DNA of 62,538 nucleotides, counting the filler, from Deltaproteobacteria bacterium (GTDB taxonomy: Bacteria; JAUYMQ01), in assembly GCA_030698575.1 (NCBI GenBank). It is 11 parts of 11 records of this genome, joined end to end, with 100 filler letters (N's around TTAATTAATTAA, not from the genome) between each part and the next. Parts side by side here need not be neighbours in the genome. Positions count along the whole stretch, not along the records: positions 44,505 to 50,103 come from JAUYMQ010000138.1; positions 50,204 to 56,917 come from JAUYMQ010000152.1; positions 57,018 to 62,538 come from JAUYMQ010000155.1; 8 more parts are not named here. One strand, given 5' to 3'. Made by a program: the position numbers and the translations under genes. The notes under the pieces were generated by a model. That model searched no databases. It was given only the letters and a program-made list of their open reading frames with translations, and was not told the origin of the DNA. This document shows positions 49,340-59,792 of this stretch, in pieces (positions within the stretch are counted from its first letter, which is position 1; each line of letters opens with the position of its first letter).

Positions 49340-50103
49340 ATGGCACTGAGCGACGTTCTCGACCGCCTCCGGGCGATGAAGGAGGCCGGCCTGCTCGAGC
49401 GGGGCACGCCCGAGGGCACCCGGATGTTCCTGGGCAACCTGATCCGCCGCGACTTCCACCCCAGCACCATCTACGCCATGCACGCCGCGAACTTCCCCCA
49501 GAAGGAAGGGATCATCCACTTCGATCGGCGCCTCACCTGGGGTCAGGTGAACAGCCGCGTGAACCGGCTGGCGCACGGGCTTCTCTCGCTGGGTCTCAAG
49601 CCGGGCGATCGGGTGGCTTACATGCTCAAGAACTCGGTCGAATGGGTCGAGGCGCTGGCCGCCTGCAGCAAGATTGGCGTCGCCGCCGTGTTCGTTTCGT
49701 TCCGCTACACGGCGCCCGAAGTCGAATACCTGGTCACCAATTCCGAGGCCAAGGCGCTCATCTTCGGCGCTGAGTTCGAGAAGGTGATCAAGGAGGCGAA
49801 GCAGAACCTCCAGATTCCGGACGAGAACTACATCATCGTAGGCGCCAACGAAGGCTCCGGCTTCCGCCCCTACGAGGATCTCCTGTCGAGGGGGAAGGAC
49901 GAGGAGCCGGCACGCGAGTTGCGCAAGGGCGGCAGCCGCGTGATCATGTACACCTCCGGCACCACCGGGAAGCCCAAGGGCGCTGTCCGCGACGCCTCCA
50001 AGGCGGGCATCGGCACGCTCGTCGAGCTGCTCCGCATCGTCCCCTTCCGGCGCGACGACCGCCATCTCGTCGCCGCCCCGCTGTACCACGCCACCGGCTC
50101 GGG
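49340..50103 (+). CDS. AMP-dependent acyl-CoA synthetase (3' truncated)
   Basis: YTSGTTGKPKG, APLYHATG. Confidence 0.92.
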
Positions 50104-50203
50104 NNNNNNNNNNNNNNNNNNNNNNNNNNNNNNNNNNNNNNNNNNNNTTAATTAATTAANNNNNNNNNNNNNNNNNNNNNNNNNNNNNNNNNNNNNNNNN
50201 NNN

Positions 50204-50510
50204 CCTCCTCGGTGACCGCCGCGCCCTTGCGGGCCAGATGATCGCGAAGCGCGTCGTATCGCGCCGAAGAAAAACCCGCAGCGAAGAGTCCTTCGCCGCG
50301 GGCATCCAGGAAATCGCGTACCGGCCCCCGCCCGGCGGGCGCCAGCAGCTCGACCTCGCTTGCGCCGACGGCGAGCACGAGGCCGCGCGCGCCCAGGTGA
50401 GCGCTTTCGATCTCACGCCCTGGGCCGGCGCCGAGAAGCGCTTCGAAGGTCGCCGCCGCCTCCCGCGCGTTCCGGACGGCGACGAGAACGCGATCCGCAC
50501 AATCGAGCAT
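50204..50510 (-). CDS. VOC/glyoxalase family protein (3' truncated)
   Basis: DRVLVAVRN...VELLAP...FL..RGEGLF. Confidence 0.8.
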
Positions 50511-50519
50511 GAGGCCGCC

Positions 50520-51179
50520 CTACATCATTTCCGGACCGGCTTCCGGGTCCTTCGTCTCTTCGAACGAACGCTCCTCCGGCGTCTCGGACTTCATCGCCTC
50601 GTCCTCCTCCGCTGCGGGCACCTTACTGACCTCGTCCTCGAGCGGAGGTGGCGCCTCCGCCTCCACGGGTGCGGACTCGACCTTGCCCTCGAGCGAGACG
50701 GCCTCGCGGCCCCCGTAAGGCTCGCCGGGCAGGATCTGCTCGGCGACGCCGTAGTCGCGATAGGACTGGTAGCCGGGCTCGTCGTCCGCGAGGTACTGCC
50801 GCGCGTTTCCGCCCAGCGTCAGGAGGTCGTAGGTCATATCCACGACGCCGTTGAGCCCGTCGTTGAACGAGGCGCGGCGCGGGCCGAGAGCGAAGCCTTC
50901 CTCGCCTTCGGTGTAGTGATAGACGGGTGTCAGATCGAAGCGATCCTCGGGATCGGTTTCATAGTGAACGAGCGGGATGCTGAAGCTATGGTCGGTGAGC
51001 TGGATGCCGGGAATGCTGAAGCCGCCGTTGCCGACGAAGAGCACCGGCCAGAGTGAGAAGGAATCGTCGTCCCACCCCCAGAGCGGCGTATCCCAGCCCG
51101 CGCGCGCAGTGCTTGCGGCGGGGCCGAGCGTGAGCGCGAGAACGAGCGCGACCAGTACCCAGCGAGATGTGCGTGCCAT
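50520..51179 (-). CDS. Hypothetical secreted acidic protein
   Basis: GGGGAGG RBS, signal peptide ending ARA, acidic Pro/Glu tail. Confidence 0.7.
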   Translation of the reverse strand: MARTSRWVLVALVLALTLGPAASTARAGWDTPLWGWDDDSFSLWPVLFVGNGGFSIPGIQLTDHSFSIPLVHYETDPEDRFDLTPVYHYTEGEEGFALGPRRASFNDGLNGVVDMTYDLLTLGGNARQYLADDEPGYQSYRDYGVAEQILPGEPYGGREAVSLEGKVESAPVEAEAPPPLEDEVSKVPAAEEDEAMKSETPEERSFEETKDPEAGPEMM

Positions 51180-51252
51180 GCGTAACCTCCCCCATTCGGT
51201 GTCAGCCGGACGGGCGTGGGATGGGGGGCGCCCAATCCATCGAGCCAGCAGA

Positions 51253-52170
51253 TCAGTCGCCGCTTTGCATGAGCTGGACGACCTTGAGCGTGTCATCCTG
51301 AACAGCCTTCGGGATCGTGTAGCCGTCGGTGTTCATGATCTTGTCGATATTGTCCGCCACCCACTCGGGCGTGGGCTCGCTCTTCTTCGGGTTGGTGTAG
51401 GCTCCCTGCGTCTCGCCGATGAAGGCCCGCGCGACCATGCCACCGCCCACGACGAAGACCTCGCCGCTCTGCGCGCAGGAGTCGCTCACCAGGTAGGCGA
51501 CGAGCGGAGAGATCAGCTCGGGGGCGAAGAGATCGCCGGGCACGCCCTGCATCAGCCCCTCGGTCATTCGAGTCATGGCGATGGGTGCGATCGTGTTGCA
51601 ATGGATGTTGTACTTGGCGCCTTCCTGCCGGAGGGAGTTCGCGAAGCCCACCAGCCCGAGCTTGGCGGCGCCATAGTTCGTCTGCCCGAAGTTGCCGAAG
51701 AGCCCGGTGCCGGAAGTCGTGAAGACGATGCGGCCGTAGCTCTGCGCCTTCATGAGATCGTAGGCGGGCTTCGTGCAGTTGTATGCGCCCTTCAGGTGAA
51801 CGGCGCATACTGTGTCCCACATCTCTTCACTCATGTTCGAAAACGACTTGTCGCGCAGAATGCCGGCGTTGTTGATCAGAATGTCGATGCGGCCGAAGCT
51901 CTTGACCGCCGTGTCGATGATCGCGCGGCCGCCTTCCGCGGTCGCAACGCTGTCGTAGTTGGCCGCGGCCTCACCGCCGGCCTTCTTGATCTCGTCAACC
52001 ACGAGATCGGCCATGTTCTTGCCTGAGCCGGTACCGTCCACCGACCCGCCGAGATCGTTCACTACCACCTTGGCGCCCCGGGCGGCCAGCAGCAGCGCAT
52101 GCGCGCGCCCCAGGCCACCACCCGCGCCGGTCACGACGGCTACCTTGCCGTCCAGTCGGATGTTGCTCAT
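51253..52170 (-). CDS. SDR, MFE-2/hydroxyacyl-CoA dehydrogenase-like
   Basis: TGAGGGLG, VNDLGG, NNAGILRD, GNFGQTNYGAAK. Confidence 0.93.
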   Translation of the reverse strand: MSNIRLDGKVAVVTGAGGGLGRAHALLLAARGAKVVVNDLGGSVDGTGSGKNMADLVVDEIKKAGGEAAANYDSVATAEGGRAIIDTAVKSFGRIDILINNAGILRDKSFSNMSEEMWDTVCAVHLKGAYNCTKPAYDLMKAQSYGRIVFTTSGTGLFGNFGQTNYGAAKLGLVGFANSLRQEGAKYNIHCNTIAPIAMTRMTEGLMQGVPGDLFAPELISPLVAYLVSDSCAQSGEVFVVGGGMVARAFIGETQGAYTNPKKSEPTPEWVADNIDKIMNTDGYTIPKAVQDDTLKVVQLMQSGD

Positions 52171-52499
52171 CGCGAAATCCTCCCTCTCATCTCACTGGCC
52201 ACTGATTGCGACTGCCGCTGATTGCGACCGAAATGACCGCCTGCCGCGGGGTGCGTGAGCCACGCTCCCGTTCCTGCCATGCGGGGGGCTGGTCGAAAGA
52301 AAATGCTTAAATAACTGAAAGCGGGAACACGATAGCCCATCCCGGAGGCCCTTTCAATCCCGCGCCACGGTTGCCCGCGGCGGCGCTGCGGCTGTATAAA
52401 GGCGCCACGGCGCGACCGAAGCAGGGCCAGGTCGCGCCTGCTCGGGTCTCGATGCGGGCCACGTCACGCCAGGCCACGCCAGGTAGCGGAGGACGCGAC

Positions 52500-53525
52500 A
52501 TGCGATACGCCATCATGGGCGCGGGCGCCGTCGGGAGCTTGCTGGGCGGGATGCTCGCGCGGGCCGGCCTGCCCGTGGTCCTCATCGGCAGGGCGGCCCA
52601 TGTCGAGGCCGTTTCGCGGGACGGCCTCGAGGTCTCCGGCCTCGTCGGTCCCTTTCGGGTCCGGCCGGAAGCGACGGTTTCGCCTGAGGGAGTCAGGGAG
52701 GCCGACGCGGTCCTCCTCTGCGTGAAGTCCCAGGACACGCCTGCGGCCTGCGCCGCCATCGCCCCCTACCTGCCCGACGAAGCCCCTGTCATCTCCATCC
52801 AGAACGGTGTCCGGAACGTCGATCTCATCGACGAGAGCCCGCTCGGCCCGGGGCGCGGCGTGGGGGGGAGCGCGGTGTTCAACGCCGTTTTTCTCGAGCC
52901 AGGGCGCGTGCTGCTCACGACCTCCGGCGAGATCATCCTGGGCGCCGCATCCCGCGACGGACGGTTCGGCGATCGCATGGCCCGCGTGGCGCGCGAAATG
53001 CGCCAGGCCGGCCTCGAGGTGCGCGCCACGGGAAACATCGAGGCCGTGCTCTGGTCGAAGCTATTGATCAATCTGAACAACGGGCTCGGCGCGCTCACCG
53101 GCCAGTCGCTCGAAGAAGGAATGATGGATCCCGTCGCGCGGCGAATCTCCGCAGCGCTTCTGGCCGAAGGCATCCGGGTGACGCGCGATGCGGGCGTGCG
53201 GCTCGAGACCATCCCCAAGGTCGATCCCAATCGCATCCTGAAACTTTTGACGCTCCCGCTGCCCACCTTCCTCCTGCGGCGCCTGTTCCGCCTCATGGTG
53301 CGCACGCACCCGGAGGCGCGGTGGTCCACCTGGCAGAGCCTCGCCAAGGGCCAGCCGACGGAGATCGCTTACCTGAATGGAGAGATCGTGCGGCTCGCCG
53401 AAAGTTGTGGCGTCCACGCGCCCTACAACCGCGCCGTGCGAGACATGGTGATGGAGGCCGAGAAGAAGGGGGCCCCGCCGGGCTTCACCTCGTCTGAGGT
53501 CGGCCGGCGCCTCTCACTCGGCTAA
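52500..53525 (+). CDS. panE: 2-dehydropantoate 2-reductase family protein
   Basis: GAGAVG, CVKS, IQNG, WSKLLIN, STWQS...TEI..LNG. Confidence 0.85.
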   Translation: MRYAIMGAGAVGSLLGGMLARAGLPVVLIGRAAHVEAVSRDGLEVSGLVGPFRVRPEATVSPEGVREADAVLLCVKSQDTPAACAAIAPYLPDEAPVISIQNGVRNVDLIDESPLGPGRGVGGSAVFNAVFLEPGRVLLTTSGEIILGAASRDGRFGDRMARVAREMRQAGLEVRATGNIEAVLWSKLLINLNNGLGALTGQSLEEGMMDPVARRISAALLAEGIRVTRDAGVRLETIPKVDPNRILKLLTLPLPTFLLRRLFRLMVRTHPEARWSTWQSLAKGQPTEIAYLNGEIVRLAESCGVHAPYNRAVRDMVMEAEKKGAPPGFTSSEVGRRLSLG

Positions 53526-54581
53526 ACGGCAGGCCTTGGTGATCACCTTCTTCAGGTGATCAGGATTGATGGGCTTCTTGAAGACGCTTCCCTCGAGCCC
53601 CTCGAGTTTGCTGCGCTTGATGATGTGATCCTTGTCATAGTAGTAAGCCGTCATGAGGATCATGGCCATCGACGGGTTCGCCGCCTTGAGCTCCAGATAG
53701 AGATCGTAGCCGTCCATCCCCGGCATCACGACGTCCGAGAGCACGAGATCGAAGACGGCTTCCTTGCAGCGCTCGATGGCCTGCTCGCCCGAGCCGGCGG
53801 TTGTGACTTCGCACCCCTCCGATCGGAGGATCTGCATGATCGAGCTGGTCACGCTTTCATCGTCGTCCACCACCAGGATCCGCAGCCCTTTCAGATTGTG
53901 TCCGGTCTTGTCCTCCTGGTCCCATTGCGCCCCCCGGTGGCTCGCCACCAGGTCGATCATCTGTGCGCCGCGGAGATATTCCTTCGATGCGTACACGCCC
54001 GTGCGGGCCATCAGCTCCACGGTCTCGATGCGCATCCGGATCCGCTCTACCTCCGTGCGAATGGCCACGAGATTGTCTTCCACCATCCGCGCCGCATCGC
54101 CCTTCAGCGCGCTCCTGATGATCTCGAGATTGTTCCAGATGACGGTCAGGGGATTGTTGATCTCGTGGCTCAGGCCGACGGCGATCTCGCCGAGCGTCGC
54201 GAGCTGATCCTTGCGGCGGATCTCCCGCAGGTCCTTCGCAAAGCCGATCGATCCAATCTCCGTCCCATCGGTGTCATAAATGATCGCGCCGGTGATCGAG
54301 ACGGGAACCTGCTTGCCGTCCTTGGCGACGAAGACCGACTCGAAATTCATGATTCTCCCGTCGGGATCATCACGCATCGCCCGCATGACCTTCCGCGCCT
54401 CCTCGAGGCTCGGATAGAAGTTCGTGACGGGCTGATTGCGGACCGGGTCCCGGGCGTAGCCAAGCGTCTTCCTGACGCCGTCGCTGTAGAAGATCACCTT
54501 GCCATCGGCGTCCGTGGCGACGACGATGTCGAGGCTGCTCTCGAGAAGCCTGTCGACGTATTTGAGCGGAACCCTGTCCAT
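53514..54581 (-). CDS. PAS-DHp-receiver protein lacking the HATPase domain
   Basis: PAS, HEINNPL H-box, then directly VVDDDE...SDVVMPGMDG...KKP; no N/G1/F/G2 boxes. Confidence 0.85.
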   Translation of the reverse strand: MDRVPLKYVDRLLESSLDIVVATDADGKVIFYSDGVRKTLGYARDPVRNQPVTNFYPSLEEARKVMRAMRDDPDGRIMNFESVFVAKDGKQVPVSITGAIIYDTDGTEIGSIGFAKDLREIRRKDQLATLGEIAVGLSHEINNPLTVIWNNLEIIRSALKGDAARMVEDNLVAIRTEVERIRMRIETVELMARTGVYASKEYLRGAQMIDLVASHRGAQWDQEDKTGHNLKGLRILVVDDDESVTSSIMQILRSEGCEVTTAGSGEQAIERCKEAVFDLVLSDVVMPGMDGYDLYLELKAANPSMAMILMTAYYYDKDHIIKRSKLEGLEGSVFKKPINPDHLKKVITKACRLAE

Positions 54582-54675
54582 TCTTCTCCTGTGGTCTTCC
54601 TCTGTGGTCTGCTTCTCTGATCTGCCTCTCAGGAACCGTTCGCCCGGCCGGTTCCCGGCGAAGTGCGCGTCATGG

Positions 54676-55449
54676 TCAGTCCTCGTAGCGCGGCGACCGT
54701 CGCTCGAGGAACGCCGTCATGCCTTCGCGGGGGTCAGCGGTCTCGAATGTCCGATCGAACTCCTCGATCCCGGCCGCGATGCTCTCCTCCAGGTGCGACT
54801 CGTGCCAGCGGCGGAAAAGCCGCTTCTGCGCCCGGATTGCCGACGGCCCGCAGGCCGCGATCGACGCTGCCATCTCCGCCGCCGCCGCATCAAGCCCATC
54901 GGCCGGCGCCACGCGATCAATGAGCCCCCAGTGGCAAGCCTCGCCCGCGTCGATGAGAGCGCCTGTATAGAGAAGGTACTGCGCTCGCCCCCAGCCGACC
55001 ATGCGGGGGAGCAGCGCGGCCTCGATCACCGAAGGGATGCCCACCTTCACCTCCGGCATGCCGAACTGCGCGTCGGCGGCCCCGACGCGGACGTCGCAGG
55101 CCATGGCCAGCTCGAGGCCGCCGCCCAGCGCATAGCCGCTGACGGCGGCAATCACCGGAACTTCGAGGGTCCGGATGGCGGCGAAAGATTCAGCGAGCCC
55201 CGCGATGAATGCCCGTGCCGAACCAGACGAGAGATCCCTCATGGCGTGGAGATCGGCGCCGCCTACAAAGGGTTTTCCCGCCGCGCCGCTGAGGACCGCC
55301 ACCCTGAGGCCGCGCTTTCCGGCGAGGGATCGCACAGCGCCCTGCAACGAGGTGATGGCGGCCTGGTTCATCAGATTGAGCCTGCCCCGAAAATCCATCT
55401 CGATGCGCGCGATGGCCCCCCCCTCCAGGGAGACGTTTACCTCGCTCAT
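54676..55449 (-). CDS. Enoyl-CoA hydratase/isomerase
   Basis: GGADL, ALGGGLELAMACD, FGMPEVKVG. Confidence 0.93.
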   Translation of the reverse strand: MSEVNVSLEGGAIARIEMDFRGRLNLMNQAAITSLQGAVRSLAGKRGLRVAVLSGAAGKPFVGGADLHAMRDLSSGSARAFIAGLAESFAAIRTLEVPVIAAVSGYALGGGLELAMACDVRVGAADAQFGMPEVKVGIPSVIEAALLPRMVGWGRAQYLLYTGALIDAGEACHWGLIDRVAPADGLDAAAAEMAASIAACGPSAIRAQKRLFRRWHESHLEESIAAGIEEFDRTFETADPREGMTAFLERRSPRYED

Positions 55450-55712
55450 GCAGGCTCCAGACGTGCAGGCCGTGTCGTTTCAGGCAGGGGGCGTCGGCGG
55501 GACCGCGAAGTCATCACGCATCGTGTCATGAGGGTATCGCGCTATCTATAGCCCTCCCGCCTCCGATGTCAAAGAGTTTCCTTCCGCTCCCGGCGTTTCG
55601 GCGTCCGGGCGGCTGTGCTAACCTCGCGTCGGATCTCACCAACCACCCCCGTCCGCCCGGCGGATCCGGCCCCGCCAGCAGGCCGGCGACCTCCTCGGGC
55701 AAGCTACCGTTC

Positions 55713-56711
55713 ATGCCAATACTCCAAGACTTTCGCCACACCCCGGGGGCGCACTGCGGATCGACCGCGCTGGCCGACGTCGCGCGATTCCATGGCCTGG
55801 CCTTCACCGAGCCGCAGTGCTTCGGCATCGGCGAGGGGCTCGGTCTCGCCGTGGTCGAAGAGTCAGGCGGATCCCCATCGCACCTGCTCATGGGGCGCAG
55901 CCGCACCCTCGAGCGGCGCTTCTTCGAGAATCTCGGCGTGCCCTTCGGCTGGGTGAAGGAAGCGGACGACGCACGCGCATGGGAAGCGGCGCGCGCTGCC
56001 GTTGACGCGAACATCCCGCTGCTCCTCCGGACCGATCTTCACTATCTTCACTACTATAAATCGAAGACTCACTTCACCGGCCACGTCGTCGTGCTCGGGG
56101 GCTACGACGAGGAGCGCGGCGAGGCGCTCCTGGCGGACACCCAGTTCCCCGGACTGCAGAGCGTGCAAGTGGCCGATCTCGCCAGGGCCCGCACCTCGAG
56201 CCACGGAATGCAGCCGCTCCGGAATCACGCATTCCCCGTCGAGCGGCTCCCCGCGCCGCCGGATCTCGCGCCGGTGCTCAGGCGAGCCATCGCGGCGCAG
56301 GCCAGGGAGATGCTCGACGGGAAAGATCTCGGCAACGCCAAGACGCGCATCCTGGGCATGGAGCACCTCGCAAAGAGCTTTCCCGCCTGGGGCGGCGCGC
56401 CCGACTGGTCCTGGTGCGCGCGCTTCGCCTACCAGATCATCGAGAAGCGCGGCACGGGAGGGGGAAATTTTCGGAAACTCTATGCGTCGTTCCTGTCCCA
56501 GTCGGCGGCGACGCTGCCCGACCTGCCCCTCGAGGCCTGGGCGAGCCGTATGACGGAGATCGCCGAGGCCTGGACGGCGCTGGCCGAACACCTAAAGGCG
56601 CTGAGCGAAGCGAACGGGCCGGACGGTTTCGAGGAGGCCGCGGCGCGCATGGGCCGTCTGGCCGTCATGGAGCGCGCCTTCTTCGAGGAAGCTGCGGGAG
56701 TCTCACCATGA
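55713..56711 (+). CDS. BtrH_N/DUF4872 papain-like protein
   Basis: GAHCGSTAL, HFTGHVVVLGGYD, LADT, IEKRGTGGGNFRKLYASFL. Confidence 0.82.
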   Translation: MPILQDFRHTPGAHCGSTALADVARFHGLAFTEPQCFGIGEGLGLAVVEESGGSPSHLLMGRSRTLERRFFENLGVPFGWVKEADDARAWEAARAAVDANIPLLLRTDLHYLHYYKSKTHFTGHVVVLGGYDEERGEALLADTQFPGLQSVQVADLARARTSSHGMQPLRNHAFPVERLPAPPDLAPVLRRAIAAQAREMLDGKDLGNAKTRILGMEHLAKSFPAWGGAPDWSWCARFAYQIIEKRGTGGGNFRKLYASFLSQSAATLPDLPLEAWASRMTEIAEAWTALAEHLKALSEANGPDGFEEAAARMGRLAVMERAFFEEAAGVSP

Positions 56712-56917
56712 ACCGAGCGGTCCGCGTGCGCGTCATCTCGCTTCTTGCTGCCGCCGCCCTGCTGATACCCGCCCCCCCGGCGCACCCGGTGCCCGCAAGC
56801 GACGCCCCCGAGAGGGTGGTCGAGCAGGCGCGCTACGTCTTCGGCTGGAACGGTGTCACCGCGGCGATCGCGGAGTTCACGCTCGCCCTCAGGTTCCAGG
56901 AGGGCCGCCCCACCTTC
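56708..56917 (+). CDS. Exported protein, DUF3108-like N-terminus (truncated)
   Basis: Signal peptide; EQARYVFGWNGVTA. Confidence 0.5.
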
Positions 56918-57165
56918 NNNNNNNNNNNNNNNNNNNNNNNNNNNNNNNNNNNNNNNNNNNNTTAATTAATTAANNNNNNNNNNNNNNNNNNNNNNNNNNN
57001 NNNNNNNNNNNNNNNNNACTCCTCCTGAGTTTTATTGATCGGGGCGGCATCGATAAGCAGGGCGGCGCCCAGGGGGCGCCCTTTTCATCTCTGTGGCGCC
57101 CGGCGCGGCGAACGACATCCGTGCAGTTCCGCACTACCGGTTCAGCATAAACAAGGAGCAAGAAC

Positions 57166-57960
57166 GTGATTCGACTCTCGCGCTCCGTTGCATTCCGTCC
57201 ACTTTGCGCATCAGTTGCCCTCGTGGGGGTCCTGGCGCTCATCGCAGGATGCGCCCTGACGGTGGAACAGGAAAGGCAGCTCGGCGAGGACTTCTCTCGC
57301 CAGGTCGCGCAGGAAATGAAGGTCTTGCGGGATCCGATGGTCGTCGACTATGTCCGCCAGATGGGCGGCCGCCTGGCGGGCGCGGCCGGCCCGCAGCCCT
57401 TCCTTCTCACCTTCAATGTGGTGGTCGACAAGGATTTGAACGCATTCGCGGGACCTGGCGGCTACGTCTATGTGAACACCGGACTCATCATGAAGGTCAG
57501 AAGCAGCTCGGAGCTTGCCGGGGTAATGGCGCACGAGATCAGCCACGTAACCCTCCGCCACGTCTCCCAGGCGGTGGCGCGGCAGCAGCAGGCCTCCGGC
57601 CTTGGAGCCCTCGTGGGCGCCGTCACGGACAGCCAGACCGCCGGGAAGGTCGCGGGAACGGGGGTGGGGGTCTACAACCTTCGCTACGATCGCCAGGCGG
57701 AAGCAGGGGCCGATCGCGAGGGGCTGCTTCTCATGTACCGGGCGGGGTACGATCCGCGGGGCATGGTGAACATGTTCCAGTTACTGCAGAGTACCGGCGG
57801 CACCAAGGGCGGCTTCCTGTCCTCCCATCCGGCCACCGCCGAGCGCCTGCAGGCGATGCAGGCGTACATCGCGCAGCTTCCGCCCCGTGCGGGCCTCGTC
57901 TCCGACGACGGCCGGCTCCAGGGCGTGCAGTCGCGCATCCGGAGCATGGGGGGCGGCTGA
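57166..57960 (+). CDS. M48 family metallopeptidase lipoprotein
   Basis: IAGC lipobox, NAFAGPGG, HEISH, AEAGAD, SSHP. Confidence 0.92.
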   Translation: MIRLSRSVAFRPLCASVALVGVLALIAGCALTVEQERQLGEDFSRQVAQEMKVLRDPMVVDYVRQMGGRLAGAAGPQPFLLTFNVVVDKDLNAFAGPGGYVYVNTGLIMKVRSSSELAGVMAHEISHVTLRHVSQAVARQQQASGLGALVGAVTDSQTAGKVAGTGVGVYNLRYDRQAEAGADREGLLLMYRAGYDPRGMVNMFQLLQSTGGTKGGFLSSHPATAERLQAMQAYIAQLPPRAGLVSDDGRLQGVQSRIRSMGGG

Positions 57961-58018
57961 CAATGCACGGCCCGGCTGCGGGAGGGCCGCCCCTGATGGC
58001 CTCGGGAGAGGATTCACG

Positions 58019-59734
58019 ATGAGAGTGCTCACCGCCTTCGCGCGCTGGCTGCTCAGCTGGATCGGCTTTGGATTCCGACGGCTGGCGCGCACCCTCCTGG
58101 GCCCGCGGCGTGTCGACGTGGTGCGGCTCCGTCTCGAGGGGAAGCTTGCCGAAGGCGACGTGTCGCCCACGCCGTTCTGGTGGCGCTGGGAAAAGCGGAT
58201 CTACCTTCTCAGTGTCCTTGAACTTTTTGACCGCGCCGGGGCCGATCCGCGGGTGTCCGCGGTCCTGATCGAACCGAGCGGCCTCCGCGCCGGGTGGGCG
58301 ACGCTCCAGACGCTCCGGCGGGCCATTCTTCGCCTGAAGGAACGCGGGAAGAAGGTTGTTGTCTACCTGGAAGAAGGCGATAACGGGCTCGCCTATCTGG
58401 CAAGTGCGGCCGACCGGGTGGTCATGGCCCCGGCCGGCATGCTGCAGCTCACGGGGCTGCGCGCCGAGGTGCTCTTCCTCGCGGGAGCGCTCGAGCGGGC
58501 GCGCGTGGAGCCGGAGTTCGTGAGGCTCGGCGAGTACAAGTCGGCTGTCGAACCCTTTACACGAACGTCGCTTTCTCCCCCCGCGCGGGAATCGCTCGAT
58601 GCGATCCTCGACGATCTCTACGGACAGCTCGTCACCGGCCTCGTGGAAGGGCGCGGTCTGGCGCCTGAGCGCGTCCAGGCGCTGATCGACACGGGACCTC
58701 ACCGTGCGCCCGAGGCGAAGGAGGCCGGGCTCGTCGACGAAAACCTCTACGAGGACCAGCTGCCGGAGTATCTCGCCACATTGCTCGGCCGTCCCGGCGT
58801 CGAGCCGCCCGTCGTCGACGCGCCGACCTTCCTCCGCTACGCCACAGCTCTGCCGCCGCCCGGCGCACAGGTTCCTTTTCCGAGGGTTGCGCTGATCGTC
58901 GCCGAGGGAGTCATTCGCACGGGACGGGCCCGCCCCTCCCAGCTGGGGCGGGGCGTTTTCTCATCGAGCTTCGCCGAGGCGGTTCGGCACGCAGCCGACA
59001 ACGATGGCTTGTCCGCAATCATCCTTCGCGTGGACAGCCCCGGTGGCTCTGGTCTGGCAAGCGATCTTCTGTGGCGCGAAGTGCGGCGCGCGCGAGAGAA
59101 GAAGCCCGTGATCGTGTCCATGGGGGATGTCGCTGCTTCGGGCGGGTACTATCTGTCTATGCCTTCTGACTGGATTCTTGCCGAGCCGGCAACGCTCACC
59201 GGATCAATCGGTGTGATCGCGGGCAAGTTCAGCTTGAAGGGACTCTACGAGCGGATCGGGCTGGCAAAGGAAACCTTGGACCGGGGGGCCAGGGCGGGCG
59301 CGCACAGCGACTACCGCCCCTTCACCCCGGAGGAGCGTGAGAAGCTCGAGGCGGAGGTGCGCGCCTACTACGACGATTTCGTGGGGAAGGCGGCTGAGGG
59401 GCGCGGGCTCGGGATTGAAGAGATGGAGGCGGTGGCCCGCGGGCGTGTCTGGACCGGCCAGCAGGCGCTTTCACACCGGCTCGTGGACGAACTGGGCGGA
59501 ATCGTCGAGGCGATCGCCGTCGCGAAAAAAAGAGCGGGGATTCCGTCGGCGCAACCCGTCAGCATCGAGGTCCTGCCCAGGGCCCTGCCCAGCTTCCTCG
59601 CAGGCCTCTCCTGGAACCCGCTCCGCGCACTGCCCGCCGCGCTGCGCGACGTCGTGGACCTCGCAGAGACGCTGGGCGGCTTTCGCGAGGGCGAGCTGCT
59701 GGCGCTCCTTCCCTTCAAGATCGACATCAACTGA
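58019..59734 (+). CDS. sppA: Signal peptide peptidase SppA (two-domain S49)
   Basis: GEYKSA, VDSPGGS, AASGGYY, TGSIGV, GRVWTG. Confidence 0.93.
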   Translation: MRVLTAFARWLLSWIGFGFRRLARTLLGPRRVDVVRLRLEGKLAEGDVSPTPFWWRWEKRIYLLSVLELFDRAGADPRVSAVLIEPSGLRAGWATLQTLRRAILRLKERGKKVVVYLEEGDNGLAYLASAADRVVMAPAGMLQLTGLRAEVLFLAGALERARVEPEFVRLGEYKSAVEPFTRTSLSPPARESLDAILDDLYGQLVTGLVEGRGLAPERVQALIDTGPHRAPEAKEAGLVDENLYEDQLPEYLATLLGRPGVEPPVVDAPTFLRYATALPPPGAQVPFPRVALIVAEGVIRTGRARPSQLGRGVFSSSFAEAVRHAADNDGLSAIILRVDSPGGSGLASDLLWREVRRAREKKPVIVSMGDVAASGGYYLSMPSDWILAEPATLTGSIGVIAGKFSLKGLYERIGLAKETLDRGARAGAHSDYRPFTPEEREKLEAEVRAYYDDFVGKAAEGRGLGIEEMEAVARGRVWTGQQALSHRLVDELGGIVEAIAVAKKRAGIPSAQPVSIEVLPRALPSFLAGLSWNPLRALPAALRDVVDLAETLGGFREGELLALLPFKIDIN

Positions 59735-59792
59735 GCACGCCCGGCCGCCGCTGGTCCGGCGCGGCGCGCCCACTCCCTGATGGCGCTTCCAG

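Noticed and set aside
57059-57086. Hairpin GGCGCCC/GGGCGCC with T-run as a riboswitch or terminator
   Set aside because: At a contig edge, no recognisable aptamer, and the associated gene is not visible
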